The position numbers were made by a program, and so were the translations under genes. Under the pieces are notes generated by a model. The model made no database searches. It saw only the letters and a list, made by a program, of their open reading frames with translations, and was not told the origin of the DNA. Positions 26,201 through 37,926 of a DNA stretch of 64,000 nucleotides are shown piece by piece (the stretch's first letter is position 1; the number at the start of each line of letters is the position of its first letter). Source of the stretch: Vitrella brassicaformis CCMP3155. Lineage: Eukaryota; Protista; Chromerida. The stretch spans positions 1-64,000 of the forward strand of contig CDMY01000330.1 in the NCBI GenBank assembly GCA_001179505.1, read 5' to 3'.

Positions 26201-29200
26201 CATGGCCGCCATGGTTGACGAAGGATCGACCCCCGCCGACGCACCGCTGCTCACCTGCAATCACACAACACTCACACAACACTCACACAACACTCACACA
26301 CATGGAGTGGGAGAGTGGGAGAGTGGGACATACGGATGTCTGTCTGGGTGGTCACTGTCAGCAACCCACCTCAATGAAGCTGCTGGTGGTGCTGCTGGTG
26401 GCTGTGTGGGTGAGAGACTCCACCGGGCAGTCGGTCGGCAGTGGGGTGATGAGTATGGAGCGGTCGGTGGGCTGGTCCTTGGTCTGGCTGGTGATGCCGT
26501 TTGCCGTGCTGCCCTCGTAGGCGTTGCGGCCCGTCTCGATGGCGACGTTGACGATGCCGCCCTTGGCTGGTGTGAGGCGGCCGCTGTGGATGGCCGCCAG
26601 ACACACTGACGAGTCATCGCTGTAGAGGCCACCAGAACCGCCATACACAGCCACATCTGCACACACACCACACCACCATGCCGTGACACCACAGCACAGC
26701 ACGCCAAGTGTGTGTGTGTCCTGTCCTGTCCTGTGTTTTGCTCGTGCCAGCATCCAATATATCCACCTGTGTCGCTGGCGGCGCATCCCGGAGGGCATTT
26801 GACGATGAAGTTGGTGTCGACTGAGCCCTCGAAGGCGCTGTTGGACCGCACAGCGGTGTCGCAGTCGAGGTCGAGGTGTGCGAGGGGCGGCGTCTGGCGC
26901 ACTGCGTTGGTGCTGCACACCACTGCCGATATGTTGGTGGTCTTCCAGCTGAAGAAAAGTGCATGGCTGTCGGACCAGCCGAGACCGGCGGTGTCCTTGC
27001 TGCCCCCCGCCGCTGATGCTGGTTGGCCGGCCCCAGACACAGATCGCAGGATGCCCGTCAGATCTGTCACACCTGCCACACACACACACACACACACACA
27101 CAGATGCATAGGCGGCCATCTGTCTGTCTTGTTGGTGTGCACAGTTACCGTCCGCGAGGTCCATGTATTGCCCGCTGCACTCGCCGCGGTCACACGCAAA
27201 GTCGTAACTGACACACACACACACACACATGCAGTGCACCACGGATGTGTGTGCGTGTCTGTGTGTGTGTGTCTGTGTGCTTACGCGAGCGGCACTGCAG
27301 CTTTCTTGAGGAGGTCGAAGCCCATCTTGGTGAGCATGGTGATGAGGGCTCTGAGTGTCGAGGCCGACGGCAGGATCAGGGGGTAGAGCCCCACACTGGC
27401 GCACACGCGCCGCACGTCGTCCACCGATGACACCTTGTCGCTGATCAACGCACTCGGCGAACGGGGCGGCGAACCGTTCCTGTGTCGACAGACGCACACA
27501 CACACACATTGATGAGGTGATGTGTGGCATCTCTGTCTCTGCGCTGCGTGTGTGAGTGCATGTGTGTGTGTCATTAATATGGCCCTCACTCACCAGACGA
27601 AGAGTGATCTAGCGGCGTTTCTGTCCTGCATGTCGCACCACACGCGAATGGGGGCGGGCGCACACTTGGGAAGGATCCAATAGAAGCCAGACNNNNNNNN
27701 NNNNNNNNNNNNNNNNNNNNNNNNNNNNNNNNNNNNNNNNNNNNNNNNNNNNNNNNNNNNNNNNNNNNNNNNNNNNNNNNNNNNNNNNNNNNNNNNNNNN
27801 NNNNNNNNNNNNNNNNNNNNNNNNNNNNNNNNNNNNNNNNNNNNNNNNNNNNNNNNNNNNNNNNNNNNNNNNNNNNNNNNNNNNNNNNNNNNNNNNNNNN
27901 NNNNNNNNNNNNNNNNNNNNNNNNNNNNNNNNNNNNNNNNNNNNNNNNNNNNNNNNNNNNNNNNNNNNNNNNNNNNNNNNNNNNNNNNNNNNAGCCACAT
28001 CTGCACACACACCACACCACCATGCCGTGACACCACAGCACAGCACGCCAAGTGTGTTTTGCTCGTGCCAGCATCCAATATATCCACCTGTGTCGCTGGC
28101 GGCGCATCCCGGAGGGCATTTGACGATGAAGTTGGTGTCGACTGAGCCCTCGAAGGCGCTGTTGGACCGCACAGCGGTGTCGCAGTCGAGGTCGAGGTGT
28201 GCGAGGGGCGGCGTCTGGCGCACTGCGTTGGTGCTGCACACCACTGCCGATATGTCGGTGGTCTTCCAGCTGAAGAAAAGTGCATGGCTGTCGGACCAGC
28301 CGAGACCGGCGGTGTCCTTGCTGCCCCCCGCCGCTGATGCTGGTTGGCCGGCCCCAGACACAGATCGCAGGATGCCCGTCAGATCTGTCACACCTGCCAC
28401 ATACACACACACACACACACAGATGCATAGGCGGCCATCTGTCTGTCTTGTTGGTGTGCACACTTACCGTCCGCGAGGTCCACGTATTGCCCGCTGCACT
28501 CGCCTCGGTCACACGCAAAGTCGTAACTGACACACACACACACACATGCAGTGCATTACGGATGTGTGTGCGTGTCTGTGTGTGTGTGTCTGTGTGCTTA
28601 CGCGAGCGGCACTGCAGCTTTCTTGAGGAGGTCGAAGCCCATCTTGGTGAGCATGGTGATGAGGGCTCTGAGTGTCGAGGCCGACGGCAGGATCAGGGGG
28701 TAGAGCCCCACACTGGCGCACACGCGCCGCACGTCGTCCACCGATGACACCTTGTCGCTGATCAACGCACTCGGCGAACGGGGCGGCGAACCGTTCCTGT
28801 GTCGACAGACGCACACACACACACATTGATGAGGTGATGTGTGGCATCTCTGTCTCTGCGCTGCGTGTGAGTGCATGTGTGTGTGTGTGTCATTAATATG
28901 GCCCTCACTCACCAGACGAAGAGTGATCTAGCGGCGTTTCTGTCCTGCATGTCGCACCACACGCGGATGGGGGCGGGCGCACACTTGGGAAGGATCCAAT
29001 AGAAGCCAGACACCGCCGCACTGTCGGCCGCTTTGATCTCGTAGCAGTCCTCGGCAGGGTGGGTCATGCTGTCGCCCGCACTCATTCCCTCTGTCGCCAT
29101 GGCGTCGGCTGCGTCACCGGCCATGGCCATGGCGGTGGCTGTCTTGAGCTCCGACAGGTGCTGGCTGAGTGTGTCGAGCTTGCCCTCGGTTGAGTTCATG

Positions 29201-31268
29201 CGGGCCTCGTATCTCTGTTTGTCGTCGTAGCACCTGGCCATGTCGGGCTTGAGGTCCTCCAGGCGCTCGGCGTGCAGGTCGAGGGCGTGCAGTGCCGCCC
29301 TGACGTCGGGACCGACGGAAGACAGCTCGCGAGACACAGACGAGTCATACTCTGCCGCACACACACACAGTGAGAGAGATGAGGTGTCTGTGTGTCTGTG
29401 TGTCTGTTGTGGGCGGTGGTGGGTTGGCTGATTTACCTACCTGTGACGAACTCCAGAAAGAACTTGGCTCGTCCGTCGGGCTGGTTCTCGGCGTCGTTGC
29501 AGTCCTGCACGATGGGCTGCAGCCGGTTGGCCAACACTGACAGCTCGCGGATGCCAAAGAGGAAGCGAGTCCCGAGCTTGCCGTATCGCGGGTGCGGCCG
29601 GCGCATCGACACGCGCACGTATTGGGCTGTCACGCCGCCGAGCGAGTCGGTCGTCACGTTCCGGCCGTTGGCGTCGTTGCTGTGTGCCCTCGTGAAGTGG
29701 CTGCCGTCCTGGCCCGTACTCAGGACATAGTCGAGGGCCGGAAACTCCCAGTCGATGCGGGCCTCGCTGAGGCGTCGCGGCTGGCCGAGGTCGATGGTGA
29801 GATTGACAAAGGCGGGCAGGGGAGCGGCGCTCGGCAGACCAGCAGACGCCCAATACGTCTCCTGCACACACCACACACACACACAAAACTAAGGTCTGTC
29901 CGTGTTATAATGTCGTGATTGATGTGTGATGGGGACCTTTTTGCCGTCGACGGCCTTCATGGGACTGTGAGCCTGCTCGCCGCTACTTGACGTGGCCGTG
30001 GCGGTGGTGCCGTTGGACGCGAGGTTGATGCTGCCGGTGGCTTCGCCCTCGAAGCTCAGACACAGTGACGTGCCGCCTCGCACCAGCCGGATCAACGCAT
30101 TCGGCTCCAGCTCCCACGAGCCACGACCATCAGTCGCCTACACACATGGATGGGATGGACGACACGACTCTCTCTCTGTCAATCTCTGCGTTTGTGTTGT
30201 GTTGTGTGAGTGTGCCGTGACTGAGTGAGTTACTCATTTTGAGTGCCTCGGTGCAGTCGTTTATCGTGAGAGTGCCGCCGTTCGTGGGGTCTCCGTCGGC
30301 GAGTGCGAGACACTTGGGCGGGTCGCTGAGGAGAGACGCAAACTGGCCGTTCTGCGTGTACCGCCACAGCTCGCGGCCGTCTCCCGCCGCGATGCCCTTT
30401 GTGCAGGGGTCGAGCAGCACCACTGCACCCTCCTTGTTGACCTGGCCGCCGTCGACCTGCAGGCAGTTCTCTTCGCTCGGGTCGGTGATGCCGCTCACCA
30501 ACATCACCGGCGGACTGCCGCTCCCTACCAACGTCACCTATACACACACAGAGGGAGAGAGAGAGATCCATCCATCCATGTCCTGTCATGTCGCATGTGT
30601 GTGTGTGTGTGTGTGTGTTGTGTCACACCTGGTTGATTCCGAAGTAGTTATGCAGTGGTCCCTTCATGATGATCTGCACGGCCTTGGCGGATTTGGGCGT
30701 GTCGAACATGATGTCCTCCTCATATGCCTCCTCGCTCACGGGCGCCTCGCGCCACGCCGCCGCCGTGTCGAAGTTCTTGCCGTCGACCGATGTGGCGATC
30801 TCCACCCGACCAGGGCCATAGGCCCACCGAATCTTCACACCTGACACCATGACACACATGTGACATCATGTGTGTGTCTCTCACTCTGTCCCTGTGTGTG
30901 TGTGTGTACCCTTGATTCGTCTCTTTTGTGCAAGGTGGCCGGTCCAGGTGACCTTCTCACTCTCCGAGTGGCCGCCCGTGGAACACCAGTAAGATGTCCC
31001 CGGCTGAATCGCCTGAACTCATTCACACATCAAGAGAATGAGTGATTGATTGATTGACTGAATGAGTGAATGAATGAGTGGCTGATTGACTGTCTGTCTG
31101 TCTGTCTGTCATACAGACTAGACTGACTCTGAGTGGCGAGTTCTCCTCCTGGCTGATGGTCGACGAGGCCTCTGCATTGGTCAGCTTGACAAAGCCCGTG
31201 TTCTCCGGTGCTGCGGCCGAGCCACAGGCGGCCAGCAGCGCAGCCAACACAGATAGCAGAAGTCTCAT
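23234..31268 (-). CDS. LCCL/lectin adhesive-like protein (CCp1/CCp2, LAP family), full length; copy B
   Basis: Signal peptide MRLLLSVLAALLAACGSAAA; discoidin-like module; ricin-type repeats (NCLQVDGG...LLDPC...ELW...KCLAL); second discoidin (LTIDLGQP...IDWEFPA...YVRVSM); NEC/fibrinogen-like segment (PAEDCYEIK...SGFYWILPKCAPAPIRVWCDM); LCCL; levanase-like modules; Cys-rich tail. This order matches apicomplexan CCp1/2. Confidence 0.88.
26649..29011. repeat. about 1-kb tandem duplication across a gap (26649-27692 and 27993-29011)
   Basis: The same LCCL/NEC exons occur on both sides of the N gap, with a few SNPs and indels. Confidence 0.9.
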
Positions 31269-31548
31269 GGCGAGAAGAGATGGGATATCAACCACAACCA
31301 ATCAATCAATCAAGCAAAAGGCAGTCAATTTAAGCGGTTTGAATGACAGAAAAGATCGCAATTTACATGTGCGATCGCGTACAAGCACGTATACGAGAAT
31401 CGATCATCACACATTTGTATGTATACAACGTCATGACAGAGAGACAGGCACACACAAACGGCCAATGAAGCATGCACACTCCTTCATCGAGTGACGCACA
31501 CCCTTCATGTCCCATCGACTTGTGAAAGAGCATAAGCAGCACACATGG

Positions 31549-32110
31549 CTATGCAGCGGCGGATGTGGCGGCCGCTGGCGTGACAGGCTGCGGTTGGTCC
31601 CTGGGCTCCTTGTGCAGCACCTGCGTGAGGACGTACGTCTTCCATGGCCCAATTCGGTAGCCCAGTGGCTGTATGCGGACGACGTCGCCCTTCCTCGCCT
31701 CAGACTGCTCGTCGTGAGCCCACACCTTCTTGGTCAAACGAAAGGACTTCTTGTAGCGCACCACATACATGTACCTGATGGATGGACAGACAGGAAGACA
31801 GGAGTGTGTTGCGGTCGGTCATTTATCAATCAATCACCCGGCGTCGTGTGTGTGATGGTGTACCTGTCACAGGCGACTCTGATAGACTTTGGGTGTTTGT
31901 CGTTGATGACGTAACCTATCATCTCATTGTTGGGCAAGCTGTTCTTCGCAACTGACAGATGCAAGCAGCCAGCACAGACACCGGCGACAATGAGTCATAA
32001 TTCTCTACCTCCTTCTTTCGCCTCGCCTTACATATGCGAAGGTATCCGGCAGTCTCTCTTTGCCAGTTCTTGTAGTGCCAGTGCAGCACAGGGCGACTAC
32101 GAAACATCAT
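31549..32110 (-). CDS. MRPS17: ribosomal protein uS17, probably mitochondrial
   Basis: Exons 32110-32032, 31951-31864 and 31774-31549 give ...[68 protein letters not shown]. Compartment is inferred. Confidence 0.85.
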
Positions 32111-32327
32111 GGTCAACTCATCTCACGAATCGCCGCCCGTTGAAGATCCAGATGCTGGCTATGGCATTACTTGGCAGACTTTGATACCCAGTGAACGTGT
32201 AAGCGTCGAGCACGTCAAAGTCGCAGATCTTGGTCTGTCTTCTTCTCCTTCTCCTTCCCTTCCCCTCCCCCTTCGTTTGCGAGCTAAGTGGGAGATCTGC
32301 AGAGTTTTCGATGTGATGCTGTGAGTG

Positions 32328-35300
32328 ATGACATCCAGTAGTCAGGAAGCAGGCTTCATGCCTGCAGCAGATCTGCAGCTCGACATGCATCAGAGACCGA
32401 CAGCAGCCGCGGCACTTCCCGAGGAGCCGGACATCAAACGGATGCGGCTTGACGATGGGGCGGCACGGGAAACATCAGGTCCTCTTCATACAAACACGCC
32501 CTGCCCGCAGCAAGAGAGAAAGCATGCATGACCTCATGGTTGCGTTGGGCTTGTTGCTGTGTGTTTGCTTTCAGGTTTGGGCATCGGGTTGCCTGCTTTG
32601 GACTCCGACAAGAGCCTCGGCGAGGCGTTCGGTCTTCCCCCGCCCGACAGCCTCACTGCCAACAGGAGGTCGGCTTCCCCCTCACCCGCCCCTGTCGACC
32701 CCCTTTTGCCAATCGAGGCCAACTTCGGTCAGCACACACACACACACACACACACACGGTTAGACAGACGGAGAGGGGCATGGACCTTTGATGCATCTCT
32801 GTGCTCGTCGGTTCGTTCTGTGCGTCAGGGAGGATGTCGCCTCCATCCCTTCCTGAGGATGGTCTGGGCGGCCGGTTGCAGCCTCCCTCCGACCCCCACG
32901 GAGGCATGATGCACATTGCCAGCATGAGCAGCAACCAACATATGCCCAGCCACTCGGCTGCATTCCCTTCACCACATGCGGCCGACACCAGCGGCTTCAC
33001 CAACCCATCAGTGTTCCCGCCCCAATCACACAACAGCCCTCACAGCAGTGCGGCGATGCAGGCGCGGTCATCATATCCGGCCGCCCTCTCGACGTTGCCT
33101 CCAAACCCGACCACTCCGCCAGTCGCATCGCAGCTCTGTGGTCAATCTGTGCCACGGACCGATGCACTGGGCGGCATGGTGGATGGAGGCCAGCTCTTCC
33201 GACCGCAGCAGCATGGAGTGCCGGACGGCCATAGCTTCCCGCCTCACTCGGAGGCGCCACCCGTGGGTCGGCCGTCCCCGTTCCCTCCTCCACCCATGTG
33301 TGGTAGTCCGGAAATGCCGCCCTATTCATCCGATTTCCGGTCGCCGCCGACCCAGATAGCGTGTCACCCCCAGACCGACCACAACATGTCCGTGTTCGCC
33401 AACTGCAACAACCCAGCCCCGGCCATGAACACCGATGCATTCTTCAGCGGGCTGCCGGCAGAGCAAGTGCCGCCCCCATTATCGTTCAGCAGCCAGGCGA
33501 TGTCCCCTCCGGGCTCCCGTGGCGGCGGTCAGATCGGTGGCGAGGCGTACGGCTCATGGCAGCCCCCTCCCATTGCGTCGCGTGCGGCCCCTCCCCCCGT
33601 GGCGCCAGTCATGACACCAGCCATGCCGGCGGCACACGAGTCGTCATTGTGTGGCCGTGCAGTCGACGTGCCGCCGCCCGAGTACATGATGGGTGACTCG
33701 GGGATGTGCGCATCCATCGGCGGCCCTGCCAGCGGCATGGCGACCATGGGCGGCGCCGCTCTGTCCGTCTGTCCTTTCAGCAGTGCGGGCATGGTGGGCG
33801 GTGGCCTTCCTTTGTCGCCCGCCATGCTGTCACCGCAGGGGCAAATAGGGGCCAGGAGAGCCAACAAGCGCTTCAACTGGTCGGAGCCCCTCCATGCCAT
33901 GTGAGCAGATGGAACACACAGCAAGCAAGCAAGAGAGAGACGATCCACTGGTCTGTTTACGTGTGTCCCTTATGTGTTGTTGCAGCTTCTTGGAGGGCGT
34001 TGCGCATGCGGGCGGCATCAACGACTGCACGCCTCAGAAGATACTGGGGTACATGCAGATGGCGACTCAGGAGGGCCGCGTCCCGCCGGACATCGTCATC
34101 ACCCGCAACCACGTGGCCAGCCACCTGCAGAAGCACCGCATGAGGATGGCCAAACTAGAGGAGGAACAAACCGCGCACGAGGGGGGCGGGGGCCGTGCGA
34201 GTGGCGGTGGTGGCGGAGACCGACACAACGGTGACCGAGACGAAGAAGAGGAGTCGGTGGTTGATGACGATGACGACGAGGCGGCGTCGCCTGCTGGGGG
34301 TGGGGGCGACGGCAGGACTTACCTCTGCACCAGTGCCAACCTGATCAAGCTGGAGGGCGTCACCATGAAGGTCGACCCCCCAGACGCTCCGGCGGCGCGC
34401 AAACCAGCTGTCGCTGTCGCCATATCCGCCATCGCAGGTACAGTACCCACACACGCGCGCACATGTGTATCTACCACATCCAGAATACGTCATTTGGCCG
34501 TCTGTCCACACACATCACGCAGAGATGGCTGTTGGTCTTGAGGGGGATGACAAGAAGGGCACTGCGGATGAGGAGGAGGCCGAGGCGGGTGGTGACACCG
34601 ACAAGTTCGTCGAGTCGCAGCCAGCTGCGGCTGCGGCCGGTGGTGGTGGTAGTGGGGATAGTGAGGGCAGCGACTCGTCGACGTCCAATCGTCGTGAGGC
34701 TGGCGTGGAGCCCTCGACGGGCGACGTCGCCATAGGGCCCGTCACACTCTGTGGAGGCGAAGCCACAGCCAAAGCGGTCAGTCAGTCAGTCAGCCAAGAC
34801 AAACCATCAGAGCACAGCCCACTGCGACAGTTAGAGGAGGTAGCGTGCACGTGCTATGTCTGTTCTGTGTGTGCAGCGTCTGCTTCTGGATGCGGCTGCG
34901 TCGCTGCAGCGCAAGGCAGCGCAGGTCGTGGTGGACCAGCAGGCAGCCGTCACCGACGAGGCCGACGAGGTGGCCGAGGGCCTCCAGCGCATTATCGAGA
35001 ACACACTGCCGCAGGAGGAGGGCGCCCCGGCTGCAGCGGCCGCAGCAGCAGCATCGGAGGACGCCCCTGGCCCACCTCTCGCGACCATGCCGGCCGCCAT
35101 AGCTCGTCGGGCATCTGACGAGGGGTCGAATCCGGCTGGCGGTGATGCCACAGATGCGGAGCAGCTGCAGAACCAGTCGGAGATGCTCGTTATCAAGGCC
35201 ACCATCATCAAACAGCAAAGCGATAAGGTGAGAGTGGAAGGGGACAACACAGACAGACGTCGACGCTCTTTCCTCTCTCTGTGTGGGTGTGGTGGCTGTG

Positions 35301-35398
35301 CGCAGGTGTGTGAGTTGCAGGCGAACCAGGAGATGTTGGAGCGTGTGGCGGACATGGCTGACGCACCGAAGCAAGACGAGCTCAGGCCCGCCAGCTAA
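32328..35398 (+). CDS. GARP/SHAQKYF-class Myb-like transcription factor
   Basis: KRFNWSEPLHAIFLEGV...TPQKIL...ITRNHVASHLQKHR after a Pro/Ser-rich N-terminal region; acidic and coiled-coil C-terminus. Confidence 0.8.
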
Positions 35399-37153
35399 GG
35401 GCGACGAAGGGGGGGTGGTATTTATTTGTCTGTTCGGAGTCAGGTCAGCGAACGAGAGGCTGCGTTGGGATGGGGTGGGATGGGATGGGGAGGTATGGCT
35501 GCAATGACTGACTGACTGACTGACTGTCTGACTGGCGGCATGTGTATGTCCCTTGGACGGCTGGCTGGATGAATGGATGGATGGATGGATGGATGAACGG
35601 ATGAGGCTGGAGGGAAGAAGCGACGGAGGGAGGGAGGGAGGGGGAGCATTGGAGAGGTATGGGCGGATGGTGTGGCTGATTGCACCCTTATGACAACTTA
35701 CTCCCGCGTGGCTGGCTGTATGGATGAAGGGCTGGATGGTGTGTGTCATGTCGCTGCCGGCATGCCTGCCTGCCCTGCCCGTCCCCCACACTCACTCGTG
35801 ACTTTTGTATCAGAGTGGGGTCAGTCAATCGGTTCGCGCTCACCAGGCAGGTCGTGGCTGACACCTCGTTCGCTTCAGCAGATAGGCAGACCGGCGAGGT
35901 GTCGACCGTGATTTGAGGGCGAGCAGACGGAGGGTGCGGCTGGTAGCGGCTGCTAGCAGCTGCGGTGACTTGAAGAGAGTTAGATTTAGAGTGAATGGAT
36001 GCTGTTGCCTCCCATATACGAGTGAGTGTCGTCCCCACCCGGCCCCCGGCGCCTCTATCTACCTCTCCGCCGCTGCTGGCGGAGACTGACTGACATACAC
36101 ACATAACTGACATGTATGGATGGATAAGCACCTTCCTGCCTGCCTTCTTCCCTCCTCCCTCTCCCGGTCTGTCTGTCTGTCTGTGTTGCGTGGCTGCTAT
36201 TATTCCCATGATGAATGGATGGATGGATGGATGGATGCCCCTGTCAGTTCGGATCGGATTTGCGCATGGTGTACCCTATGCATGCGGGGACGGGCGGCCG
36301 GATGGCTGGCTGGATGGCTAACGGATGAGCAATGGGTGAGACCAGCTCCACGTTTTCCACCGATGGGATCCACTGCAGACAGCTGCGGCTGCCTTTTTGA
36401 TGGCTTAGGTGAGGCGCACCAATGCTCTTGGCTTGATGGCTAATGAATGATACGAACTGCATTGGCTATGCTGGTTGACTGTACACTGACTGCATATGTC
36501 CTATTTTAAGTGTCGAGGCCTAGTTTGGAGCCCATTGGATGGGAGGATGAATATATATGTGGAGGCCTAGACACGACGGACAGACAGACAGACACCTTCG
36601 TTTTGCACACACTACCGACTGCATCAATCAACGAGCGCGTACATGTGCATGCCATGCCAACTCACTCCCACTTCCCCTTACTGATACAGTTATAAACGCG
36701 AGAGCCCCAGAGGCCCCCCACCTCGCCCCACGCCCCCGCCCACCAGACACCTTTTTTGCACCCCCCGCCCTCTTACCTTCCCTCGCTCTTCTGCTCCCTT
36801 CTTTCCGTCCTTCCTCACTTGTCCCTGTCTATCTCACACTACTCACTCGTCCTACCTGCACCGCACCCAATGCAGACATACGTTTCCTGTCTCGCCTTGC
36901 CTTGCCGGTCCTGCCCTGCCCTGCCCCACACATGCCGTGCTGTCTTCCTGCATGGCATGTGTGCATGGGATGGGGCTGCCGGCGTTGAATGCTTCGTATA
37001 TGAATGAGTGAGTGACACTATTCTGAGCATGGATGAGGAAATCGCCGCGAGTAGCTAGCTAGCTGGGTGGGGTGGAGTGGGATGGAGCGCGATGAAGTCG
37101 ACACAGACATAGCACCGAGAAGGGAGGGAGGGAGGGAGGGACACGGGCAGCTA

Positions 37154-37199
37154 TTTTGTTGGTGCGAGTTCTAGTGTTTTGTTGGTGCGAGTTCTAGTG
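37154..37199. repeat. 23-bp direct tandem duplication
   Basis: ttttgttggtgcgagttctagtg occurs twice, adjacent. Confidence 0.9.
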
Positions 37200-37926
37200 T
37201 TCGGTCACACCCACACCCAAACCCACACCACACCACACAACACTACACCATTACACACACACACACACATCATTCGACGGGCGGGCGTATCAACGGTGTT
37301 TTGAACAGCCTGGTGTGAAGGTGAGTTAGTCGACTGCATATGTGGATGGATGGAAGCATAGATGGATGGAGGCAGGTGGCCATGGTTGGTACCTACTGAT
37401 GCGTCCGTCCATGCATCACCTGAGTGAGTGATTGGTGTACGGTGGCCGATCCGATGGATGGATGCTATCATTGATCGATTTGTTGATGCGACAGATAGAT
37501 AGATTGCCCTTGGTGGTGTGGTGTGGTGTGTGGTGTCCCATCCGTGCAGTCTGTGCTGTGTTGTGAGTGAGTGAGCTATGAGTGTATTGTCGCTGAGTGC
37601 GTGAGGGGTGGCCCTGAGTCAATGAGTGAATGAATGTGTGGAAAACGATGAGCTGAGTACGGATTTCGGACGTACGTACGGAGGGAGGCATTTGCAAGTG
37701 GACATAATGGATGGATCTGGATGGATGGATGGATGGACAAATGGATCAATCAATCGGTGCGAGCATAGTGCAAGTCAGTGAAAGGCAAGGCAAGCACCGG
37801 TGACCCAGTCAACACATGAAAAGACAGAACTCTCATCCATCCAACAGCATCCGACACACCACACCACACCGCCCAGCCCACACCAGGCAGGCAGGCAGGC
37901 TACACCGCTCCGCTCCCAGCCAGCCC

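Noticed and set aside
35400-37780. Gene-free 2.4 kb with a TATA-like site (about 36690) and a T6 run (about 36752) as a possible Pol III RNA
   Set aside because: No recognisable tRNA or snRNA structure or A/B boxes; dominated by simple repeats between convergent genes.
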